The notes beneath the pieces are model-generated. The model did no database searches. It saw only the letters and a program-made list of their open reading frames with translations, and was not told the origin of the DNA. Shown here piece after piece: positions 25,223 to 32,000 of a stretch of DNA of 32,000 nucleotides (position 1 is its first letter; the number at the start of each line of letters is the position of its first letter). The DNA comes from an uncultured Opitutales bacterium. Its GTDB lineage: Bacteria; Verrucomicrobiota; Verrucomicrobiia; Opitutales; Intestinicryptomonadaceae. The DNA is taken from the NCBI GenBank assembly GCA_934613415.1, contig CAKTSY010000002.1, positions 330,001 to 362,000 on the forward strand, read 5' to 3'. The position numbers were made by a program, and so were the translations under genes.

Positions 25223-26758
25223 ATGAAAAAGACAATATTAGCTTTATTCGGCTTGGCGGCGGCAGTTGCCCTTAATGCCGAAATAACTATGCCGAAAATC
25301 TTTTCGGACAATATGGTTTTGCAGTGCGGCGAACCCGTAAAAATTTGGGGCAAGGCTTTGCCAAACGCAAAAGTTGCGGTAAAGTTTGCCGATATTTCTA
25401 AAAGCGTTAAGGCCGACGAATTCGGCAAATGGAGCTTGTGTTTGCCCGCAATGAAGCCCAACTGCAAAGACAGGGTAATGCACATATCCGAAAACGGCGT
25501 AGAGCAAAAGGTTATAAAAAACGTATTGGTAGGCCAGGTTTGGATAGCGGGCGGCCAGTCGAATATGCAATTTTCGTTAAAGGAAACCGATAATGCCCAA
25601 GAGGCAATGTCGCGCGCAAACTATCCTTTGATGAGGGCGTTTATAATGAAATACAGCGCAATTAAAACCGTCCCGGCGTTCGATGTTCCCGAAGGCGCAA
25701 ACTGGAGGGTTTGCACACCAAAAACCGCGGGCGGCATTAGCGCGGTAGCGTTCTTTTTTGCCGAAAAGATTATGAAGGAATTGAACGTTCCCGTAGGTAT
25801 TGTAGAAACCGAATTGGGCGGAGCAAAAATGGTTGCTTTCCTTGAACGGCAAGACGCCAAGGGCGTTGCAGGTTTCGACAAACAAATTGCCAAATTCGAT
25901 AAATTGGCAAAAACCTACGACTACCAAAAAGCCTTGGAAAACCACAAAAAAGCTTTGGCAAAGTTTAACGCCGAAAAGGCATCGGCAAAAAAAGCCGGCA
26001 AGAAATTCACAAAACACGCCCCGCTCAAACCCCTTGCCGAAGGCCCCATGCGCCAGCAGGAAATGCCGCAATTTTTATATAACGCAAAAATTGCCCCCAT
26101 TGCGGGATATGCCGCCAAGGGCTTTTTGTGGTATCAGGGCGAAAGCGACTCGGCAGACCCGACACTGTTTGCCGGCAAATTCGAACGCCTAATAGATTCT
26201 TGGCGCAAGTATTGGAATAAGTCGGATATGCCGTTTTACTTTGTTCAGCTAACCTCTTTTTCTACAAGGGCAAACTGGCCTGTTGTAAGAGAGCAACAGC
26301 GCATTGTTGCCGACAAAATGAAGAATGTTGAAATGGCCGTAACAATAGATGTCGGAATGGAAAAAGACATTCACCCGAAAAATAAATATGCGGTAGGCGA
26401 AAGACTTGCAAAGATTGCCCTTAAAAATGTTTACGGGCAAAAATACCTAAGGGGCGCCTACGGGCCCATTGCAAAGAGCGTAGACTTTAACGGCAATTCT
26501 GCCACGGTAAATTTCGAGCTAAGCAAAGTTAATATGACGGTTAAAAACGGCTTGCGCGGCGTCGAAATTTTGGTAGACAATTCTTGGGAAAAGCCCGCAG
26601 GCTACAAGTTTAGCGCGAACGGAACATTGGTTGTAAACGCCGAAAAGGGCGACACAATTTGCGGCGTTCGCTATCTTCAAAAGAATTGGGCTCAGCCCGA
26701 CGTATGCCTCTACAATTTGGAAGGCACACCGGCGGCCCCCTTTATTTTTGTAAAATAG
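25223..26758 (+). CDS. sialate O-acetylesterase family (SASA/SGNH-type carbohydrate esterase), secreted, paralog B
   Basis: Signal ...AAAVALNA/EIT. Blocks GQVWIAGGQSNM, ELGGA, FLWYQGESD and DIHPKNK. Collinear with paralog A along the full length, roughly half the residues identical by eye. Confidence 0.88.
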   Translation: MKKTILALFGLAAAVALNAEITMPKIFSDNMVLQCGEPVKIWGKALPNAKVAVKFADISKSVKADEFGKWSLCLPAMKPNCKDRVMHISENGVEQKVIKNVLVGQVWIAGGQSNMQFSLKETDNAQEAMSRANYPLMRAFIMKYSAIKTVPAFDVPEGANWRVCTPKTAGGISAVAFFFAEKIMKELNVPVGIVETELGGAKMVAFLERQDAKGVAGFDKQIAKFDKLAKTYDYQKALENHKKALAKFNAEKASAKKAGKKFTKHAPLKPLAEGPMRQQEMPQFLYNAKIAPIAGYAAKGFLWYQGESDSADPTLFAGKFERLIDSWRKYWNKSDMPFYFVQLTSFSTRANWPVVREQQRIVADKMKNVEMAVTIDVGMEKDIHPKNKYAVGERLAKIALKNVYGQKYLRGAYGPIAKSVDFNGNSATVNFELSKVNMTVKNGLRGVEILVDNSWEKPAGYKFSANGTLVVNAEKGDTICGVRYLQKNWAQPDVCLYNLEGTPAAPFIFVK

Positions 26759-26781
26759 CGCAAATGGATTTTTAAAGTAAA

Positions 26782-26826
26782 AAAGCTCCCTTCTCGGAAA
26801 AATCGGAAAGGGAGCTTTCTTTTTGT
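26782..26826 (+). terminator. intrinsic terminator after the esterase pair
   Basis: Stem aaagctccctt/aagggagcttt (26782-26792 / 26808-26818) followed by ctttttg. Confidence 0.75.
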
Positions 26827-26877
26827 TGATAATTTGCCGAATTTTTGCAGAATATATTGCATAAATTTATTATGCGT

Positions 26878-27750
26878 ATGAAAAAGTTTGTTTGTATATC
26901 CCTTCTTCTTTCGGCGTTGAATTTGTTTGGCGGCGAAATTGTTAACTTGTGGAACAATGTTCCCGAAACTACAGCAAAGGAAGCTGCCGAAATGCAAAAG
27001 GCAAAGGCGGCAAAAAAGTTTGTTGTAGAAATTCCCACCCTAGAAATCTTTTCGGTTAAAAACCCGAAGGGAGCGGTTATAGTTTGCCCAGGCGGCGGCT
27101 ACAACCATTTGGCGTACGATAAAGAGGGCACAGAAATTGCCGAATTTTTGAACGGGCACGGCATTTCGGCATTTGTTTTGAAATATAGGGTGCCTCAGCA
27201 AAAAATGGGGGCTTTGCAGGACGCGCAAAGGGCAATACGCTATGTGCGCTATAATGCGGCAAAGTTCGGCATAGACCCTAACAAGATTGCAATTATGGGA
27301 TTTTCGGCAGGGGCTAATTTGTCGGCAAGGGCTTCTAATTTATACGACTTAAACAGCTACAATTCAACCGACGAAATCGACAAAGTTTCGCCAAAGCCGA
27401 ATTTAACGGGGCTTATATACCCTGCCTACTGCGACCAAAACGGCTGCAATATGCGCTGGGGTGGCGAAATCTTAAAAGGCAAAACCTACAACGAAATTTA
27501 TAAAGACGCCTCCGAGCTTAAGCTTTCTAAAAACACGCCTCCCGTTTTTGCAATGCAAACGCTTAAAGACGTAAAATATATAAACGCTTCAATCGCCTAT
27601 GTGTTAAAACTTAAGGAATTGGGCGTTCCCGCCGAGCTGCACTTGTTCAACGACGGCGCGCACGGCGTAGGCCTTAGGGAAAAGAACATTCCCGCAGCAG
27701 AATGGGGCAACCTTTTTGCCGATTGGCTTAAATATAACTGGAGAAAATAG
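26878..27750 (+). CDS. secreted alpha/beta-hydrolase esterase (GxSxG)
   Basis: MKKFVCISLLLSALNLFGG signal; VIVCPGGGY (oxyanion region); nucleophile elbow IMGFSAGANL; C-terminal ...HLFNDGAHG. Alternative starts are at 26872 and 26845 (track). Confidence 0.85.
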   Translation: MKKFVCISLLLSALNLFGGEIVNLWNNVPETTAKEAAEMQKAKAAKKFVVEIPTLEIFSVKNPKGAVIVCPGGGYNHLAYDKEGTEIAEFLNGHGISAFVLKYRVPQQKMGALQDAQRAIRYVRYNAAKFGIDPNKIAIMGFSAGANLSARASNLYDLNSYNSTDEIDKVSPKPNLTGLIYPAYCDQNGCNMRWGGEILKGKTYNEIYKDASELKLSKNTPPVFAMQTLKDVKYINASIAYVLKLKELGVPAELHLFNDGAHGVGLREKNIPAAEWGNLFADWLKYNWRK

Positions 27751-27754
27751 TAAA

Positions 27755-28384
27755 GTGAAAAGCTACAACTTTGTTTTGGGGCCCATAAGCGTTAACGCCT
27801 ATGTGTTGTTGCCCGACAATTCCGACGGCGCAATTTTGATAGACGCCCCCGAGGGCAGCGCAGTTCAAGTTCTAGATTTTTTGCGCGAAAACAAGCGCAC
27901 ATTAAGCGCGGTTTTGCTTACCCACGGGCATTTCGACCACGCGTGGGAATGCTCGCTTTTAAAATCAAAAACAAACTGCAAAATTTACGGGCATAAAGAG
28001 GCCGAAGACGTTGTTTTAATGCAGTGCAAAGAGGGCGATTTCGGCTACGGAATTATGCCCGAAATGAAGTTGGATTACGCTTTAAAAGACGGCGAAAAGT
28101 TTGAAATAGATTCGGTTAAATTCGAAAGCATTTACGCCCCGGGGCACTGCGCGGGAAGTATAATGTATTATTTGCCTGACGAAAAACGCCTGTTTTGCGG
28201 TGACGTTATGTTTTACGAAAGTGTTGGCCGCTACGATTTGCCAACGGGCAATTTCGGGCTGCTGCAAAAATCCATAAAAAGCAGAATATACACCTTGCCC
28301 GACGATACCGAAATTTTCCCCGGGCACGGGCCCGAAACAAGCGTAGGGCACGAAAAGAAATTTAACCCATTTATTTCGGCGTAG
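27755..28384 (+). CDS. MBL-fold metallo-hydrolase (glyoxalase II-like)
   Basis: GTG start at 27755 with GGAGAA about 10 nt upstream. The track ORF start at 27716 would overlap the previous gene. Motifs LLTHGHFDHAW, ...APGHCAGS... and ...FPGHGPET. Confidence 0.88.
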   Translation: MKSYNFVLGPISVNAYVLLPDNSDGAILIDAPEGSAVQVLDFLRENKRTLSAVLLTHGHFDHAWECSLLKSKTNCKIYGHKEAEDVVLMQCKEGDFGYGIMPEMKLDYALKDGEKFEIDSVKFESIYAPGHCAGSIMYYLPDEKRLFCGDVMFYESVGRYDLPTGNFGLLQKSIKSRIYTLPDDTEIFPGHGPETSVGHEKKFNPFISA

Positions 28385-28394
28385 CTTTTTTTGT

Positions 28395-29477
28395 ATGGAC
28401 GATGCGTTTTATATGCGGCGCGCCTTGCAGTTGGCAAAACGCGGTTGGGGCAGCACAAACCCAAACCCGATGGTTGGGGCGGTTATTGTGGAAAATTCTG
28501 AAATTGTTGCCGAAGGCTACCACGAAAAAGACGGCCAGCTGCATGCCGAGCGCAACGCCCTTAAAAATTTGGGACGCAAACCAAAAAAAGGGGCAACAAT
28601 GTATGTAACGCTAGAACCCTGTTCTACTGCGGGTAGAACAGGGGCTTGCACCGACGCTATTATAGCGGCGGGAATTTCGAAAGTAGTTATTGGCGCATTC
28701 GACCCAAACCCCGCGCATGCTGCAAGGGCTGTGGGCATTTTAAAAAATGCCGGCATAGATGTAGTTTGCGGCGTTTTAAAAGAAGAGTGCGAAAACCTTA
28801 ATTTTATATTCAACTATTATATAACCAAAAATCAGGCTTTTGTTTTGGCAAAATTTGCGGTAAGCCAAAATTTAAAACTAACCGAAAAGGCCGGCGTGCA
28901 AAGCCATATAAGCTGCGGCGAGGCAAACGCCAATACAATGCGTTTGCGCAAACTTTTTTCGGCAATAGGGGTGGGCTTTAATACATATTTAAGCGACAAC
29001 CCGCGCCTTACTGCAAGGATAGACGGCAAAGAATTTTGCGGCAAAAGGCTCTTGTTCGACACTTCGCTTAATTGCACAGACAACCTGCAAGGCAACCTTT
29101 TTACCGACAAATTCGCCGAAAACACCTATGTAGTTTGCGGCGAAAATTCGTCCGCCGAAAGGCAAAAATTTTTGGCCGAAAAAGAGGTAAATTTGCTTAA
29201 AATTAAAAGCCAAAAAAACTCTCCCGATTTTTGGAAAGAGCTAAAAACGCGCTTGGCAGAGCTTCGCATTTCGTCGCTTATGGTAGAGGGCGGCTCTAAG
29301 ATTTTAACTTCGCTTTTTAGCGCAGGGGCAGCCGACGCATTTTGCGTATACCAAAGCCCAAATCTTTTAAGCGAAAGCGGGCTAGATGCTCTGCCCGAAA
29401 ATTTGTGGCAGAATATAAAAAATGTGCCGCCCCAAAAAATCGGGTGCGACACAATGTATACAAATTTAAAGATTTAG
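28395..29477 (+). CDS. ribD: bifunctional riboflavin biosynthesis protein RibD (pyrimidine deaminase / uracil reductase)
   Basis: MRRALQLAKRG...NPMVGAVIV...GYHEKDGQLHAERNAL...TLEPCS..GRTGACTDAII form the CDA-type deaminase zinc motifs. The C-terminal reductase-like domain ends ...MVEGGSKILTSL. Confidence 0.92.
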   Translation: MDDAFYMRRALQLAKRGWGSTNPNPMVGAVIVENSEIVAEGYHEKDGQLHAERNALKNLGRKPKKGATMYVTLEPCSTAGRTGACTDAIIAAGISKVVIGAFDPNPAHAARAVGILKNAGIDVVCGVLKEECENLNFIFNYYITKNQAFVLAKFAVSQNLKLTEKAGVQSHISCGEANANTMRLRKLFSAIGVGFNTYLSDNPRLTARIDGKEFCGKRLLFDTSLNCTDNLQGNLFTDKFAENTYVVCGENSSAERQKFLAEKEVNLLKIKSQKNSPDFWKELKTRLAELRISSLMVEGGSKILTSLFSAGAADAFCVYQSPNLLSESGLDALPENLWQNIKNVPPQKIGCDTMYTNLKI

Positions 29478-29481
29478 GGTG

Positions 29482-30159
29482 CTATTCGCCGTCTAGGCCG
29501 TGAAAGCCGCCGCCGTATTTCTTGTGTCTTACAAAGGGGCTTTTGCGCTTTCCGAATGGCTTGTCGGCAAAATCTCTTTTCTTAAAATCTTTTTTATACG
29601 AAAAGGGCTTTTTGTCTCCAAAGCTTTTGCCGAATTTTTTGTCGGCAAACGAGTTGCTTTTGTCTCCGAATTTGCGTTCGCCAAAGTCTCTTTTAAAGCG
29701 GCGTTCTCCGCCAAAATCGTCGTCGAAACGGCGTTCCCTTTTGTGCCCGAAAAAGAAATCGTCGTCGTTGCGTTTTTTTGCAAAGGGTGGCTTGCCTTCA
29801 AAATCGCGGCGTGGTTTTCTTTCAAAAGTTTTTTCGCCGTCGTTTCCAAACGGTTTTTTAAAGTCGTCGTTAAAGCGGCGCTTGCGGGGGCGGCCGTCGA
29901 AGCTTAGGGGCCTGCCTTCTCTGGAAATAGCCTGAGATACCGAAATTTCGTTTTCGTCTACAATGCTTTTGTCGAGGGCTGCAATTGCGTTTTGTGCGGC
30001 TTGGTCGTCGTCCAAATTAACAAAGGCTATTCCTCTGAATTCCTTCGAGAAATTGTCGCATACCATCTTTATTCGGCTAAGTTCGCCAAAGGGGGCAAAA
30101 AGCTCGCGTATTTTGGTTTCGCTTGTTTTTTTGGGTAAATTTTTTATAAAAATTTCCAT
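29482..30159 (-). CDS. RRM-domain RNA-binding protein with long K/R/F/D/G-rich low-complexity C-terminal tail
   Basis: Trimmed from track 29482..30285 to the ATG at 30159. MEIFIKNLPKKTSETKIRELFAPFGELSRIKMV...RGIAFVNLDD carries RNP2 (IFIKNL) and RNP1 (RGIAFVNL). A repetitive tail of about 145 aa follows. Confidence 0.85.
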   Translation of the reverse strand: MEIFIKNLPKKTSETKIRELFAPFGELSRIKMVCDNFSKEFRGIAFVNLDDDQAAQNAIAALDKSIVDENEISVSQAISREGRPLSFDGRPRKRRFNDDFKKPFGNDGEKTFERKPRRDFEGKPPFAKKRNDDDFFFGHKRERRFDDDFGGERRFKRDFGERKFGDKSNSFADKKFGKSFGDKKPFSYKKDFKKRDFADKPFGKRKSPFVRHKKYGGGFHGLDGE

Positions 30160-30175
30160 ATATTTAGTTTTCTGA

Positions 30176-30868
30176 TTAAATGTATTTTGCAATCTCGTTT
30201 TTGTCGTTTTGCATATTGTCTGTGCCCAGCAAAACCTGCGCAAATTCTTCGGGGGCAAGCCCCGATTTTTCCGCCAAAGCGGCAAAATCTTTGTAGCTGT
30301 TAAAGTTTACCGATTTTATCTCCGATTTTGAAAAAGGCTTGGGTATTAAAAAGCCGTCCCACGATTTAAGTTGCCAACAGCTTTTAGGATATATTCTTAT
30401 AAAAAACAATCTCGGGTTTTCCCTCTCGCAAATGCCGAGTGTTGTTCCGTTGAATTTATATTTTGGTCCTCTTGGGCCGTCGGGCGTAACACAAATGTCT
30501 TTTTTGTCTTTTAATACCTCGAAGAGCTCTTTTATTGCAACAGCCCCACGCTTATAGCTCGAGCCCCTTATGGCCGTTACCCCAAAAAATTTGAACATTT
30601 CCGACAAATACGCGCCGTCTTTGCTGGGGCTAACCAACCCGCACATGGGAAAACGCCTTCTAAATTTCAGCTTTAAAAATACCGTAAAAATTATTTTGTT
30701 GTGCCAAATATATACGGCAGTAGACCCTTCTTTCGAAAATGTGCGGCGGTCTTCTTCCGAATAGTCAAAGCGCAAAGACGCAATCCACAACCTTACAAAC
30801 ACGGCAAAAATTGCGGCGCAAACCTTTTCGAAAATGTTTAGTTTGTCCTTATTATTTATTGCCGCCAT
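30176..30868 (-). CDS. DUF374-domain protein (lysophospholipid acyltransferase-like family)
   Basis: 230 aa with an N-terminal TM segment. ...WHNKII..., ...LVSPSKDGAYLSEMFKFFGVTAIRGSS..G and ...CVTPDGPRGPKY match the DUF374 pattern. Lies 16 nt upstream of the RRM gene. Confidence 0.8.
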   Translation of the reverse strand: MAAINNKDKLNIFEKVCAAIFAVFVRLWIASLRFDYSEEDRRTFSKEGSTAVYIWHNKIIFTVFLKLKFRRRFPMCGLVSPSKDGAYLSEMFKFFGVTAIRGSSYKRGAVAIKELFEVLKDKKDICVTPDGPRGPKYKFNGTTLGICERENPRLFFIRIYPKSCWQLKSWDGFLIPKPFSKSEIKSVNFNSYKDFAALAEKSGLAPEEFAQVLLGTDNMQNDKNEIAKYI

Positions 30869-30961
30869 ATACGGGCTTTGGGTTGCTTATCTACTTGCAT
30901 ACACTGCGTTAACTCGGATATAGACAGTGCTTATTGCCTTTGTTTTTGTCAAGAAGATATG

Positions 30962-30990
30962 TTGACAAAACGCCCGACTTTACCGATAAG
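30962..30990 (+). promoter_or_regulatory. candidate sigma70-type promoter (TTGACA-N17-GATAAG)
   Basis: Perfect -35 at 30962-30967, 17-nt spacer, -10 GATAAG at 30985-30990. The predicted TSS coincides with the A of the ATG at 30997. Confidence 0.35.
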
Positions 30991-30996
30991 GTTCTT

Positions 30997-31515
30997 ATGA
31001 AAATTTCGGTTTTTATTGCGTTTTTGTTTTGCGTATTTTGCGCTTCGGCATTTGCCCAGCATAGGCTAGACGCTTCTACAGACGCCGCCTTGGCCGAAAG
31101 CTTCCAAAAAATGGCGTTTTCGCTTTCGCCCGACGAGCGGCAGGATTTGTCGAACGCCTCGGCAATACTTATGTACTACGGCTCTAAAAACGGATTGGGC
31201 GAAGCTAAAATGCGCAAAATATTCCACGGCAAAACCGCGCGCGAAGTTGTTGAAACTGCGCTAAAAGTGTGTCCGTTTGCAAAGGACGAAACCCTTAAAA
31301 TAAATTCGAAAACGGCGGCCGATTTTTCGAAAAGCTATGCCGAGCTTTTAATGAATTTGCCGCTAAAAAAGCAAAGGGCGCTAAGCGCGGCAATTTCGCA
31401 GGCGTTGTTGACGGGGCAAGCTTCGGGCAGGCAATACATTGAAATTTTGGCGGAATTTAACGGCAAAACCGCCGACGAAATCATTGCTCAATTCGGGGGC
31501 AAGCTTGCTTTTTAA
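30997..31515 (+). CDS. hypothetical secreted protein (172 aa) with internal duplicated motif
   Basis: Trimmed from track 30934 to the ATG at 30997, giving signal MKISVFIAFLFCVFCASAFA/QH. Two copies of F[HN]GKTA[RD]E[VI][VI] occur (FHGKTAREVV, FNGKTADEII). Confidence 0.65.
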   Translation: MKISVFIAFLFCVFCASAFAQHRLDASTDAALAESFQKMAFSLSPDERQDLSNASAILMYYGSKNGLGEAKMRKIFHGKTAREVVETALKVCPFAKDETLKINSKTAADFSKSYAELLMNLPLKKQRALSAAISQALLTGQASGRQYIEILAEFNGKTADEIIAQFGGKLAF

Positions 31516-31633
31516 TTACGCATTAACTTGATTGGTAAAACGTTATAAGCGGGGCATTTTGCCCTTTTGTCCAAAAAAGTACTTGACGAAGCCCTCTAAA
31601 TTTAGACTATGTACCTTTTTATTCTTCACGGAT

Positions 31634-31933
31634 ATGCAAGACGATACAAACAATAATAAGGAATTCTCGAGAGTACTTACCGTTCTCAATAAGATGGGCA
31701 TACACGCAAGGCCTGCCGCTATGATTGTGCGTATATCCAACAAATATCCGGCTACCGATATTTGGGTTGAAAAGGACGGCGAAAGGGTGAACGGCAAAAG
31801 TATAATGAGCCTTATGATGCTTGCAGCCGGTCGCGGTTCGAAAATAAAGTTTGTTGCCCAGGGTGAAGACGCCGAACAAATGCTCGACGAAATAGAGGCT
31901 TTGTTTGCTCGCGCATTCGACGAAAAAGATTAG
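31634..31933 (+). CDS. ptsH: HPr-family phosphocarrier protein
   Basis: Trimmed from track 31532 to the ATG at 31634. LNKMGIHARPAAMIV has the His15 site and VNGKSIMSLMMLAAGRGSKI the Ser46 regulatory site. Confidence 0.9.
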   Translation: MQDDTNNNKEFSRVLTVLNKMGIHARPAAMIVRISNKYPATDIWVEKDGERVNGKSIMSLMMLAAGRGSKIKFVAQGEDAEQMLDEIEALFARAFDEKD

Positions 31934-32000
31934 TCTTTTTGCCGTTTCTTGTTGTATTCGACGCAAACTGCGCCATTATCGCCTTTAAATACAATATATA

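Noticed and set aside
29500-29935. Plus-strand ORFs of 135 and 137 aa, and an additional minus-strand ORF (29529..29849), over the RRM tail region.
   Set aside because: These are artefacts of the low-complexity repetitive DNA encoding the K/R/F/D/G tail. Only the frame contiguous with the RRM domain has a recognisable domain and sensible gene context.
1-32000. Whole-window scan for CRISPR repeats, tRNA/rRNA genes, IS elements, integrases, and DGR or retron components.
   Set aside because: No regularly spaced direct repeats, no tRNA T-loop/acceptor architecture in the intergenic gaps, and no transposase, integrase or reverse-transcriptase-like translation in any listed ORF.

Overview
Gene-dense, chromosomal-looking 32-kb bacterial window, mostly housekeeping genes. 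I found no rRNA, tRNA, CRISPR array, transposase, integrase or phage gene. Order: an AT-rich left edge on the minus strand (partial ankyrin-repeat gene, a 61-aa ORF, a Cys4 zinc-ribbon protein); a small lipoprotein; a sodium:solute symporter; a secreted protein plus small membrane protein pair; about 640 nt with no convincing CDS; secA; a secreted beta-helix protein with a DUF4214-like tail; a Tat-signal Gfo/Idh/MocA oxidoreductase; queA with a PfkB-family kinase. Then a long co-directional string: glgA, an SNF2 helicase, xth, queD, queE, queF and a thioredoxin-like lipoprotein. After that: alaS and leuB; two tandem sialate O-acetylesterase paralogs; an alpha/beta esterase; an MBL hydrolase; ribD; an RRM RNA-binding protein with a repetitive K/R/F/D/G tail; a DUF374 protein; a secreted hypothetical protein; HPr. 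The gene content gives an impression of a glycan-degrading PVC-group organism (Lentisphaerota, Verrucomicrobiota or Kiritimatiellota-like), but this is not a determination. I do not see a clear, complete novel multi-gene system. The observations most worth a second look are: (1) the long region upstream of secA, with a signal-peptide-like uORF and an anti-SD pairing reminiscent of secM-secA; (2) sigma70-like promoters placed so that several operon-first genes would be leaderless or nearly so; (3) the SNF2-xth-queDEF string; (4) the AT-rich ankyrin/zinc-ribbon edge; (5) the FG-rich disordered tail of the RRM protein. All functional calls rest on my recognition of motifs in the supplied translations. 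No database search was run.
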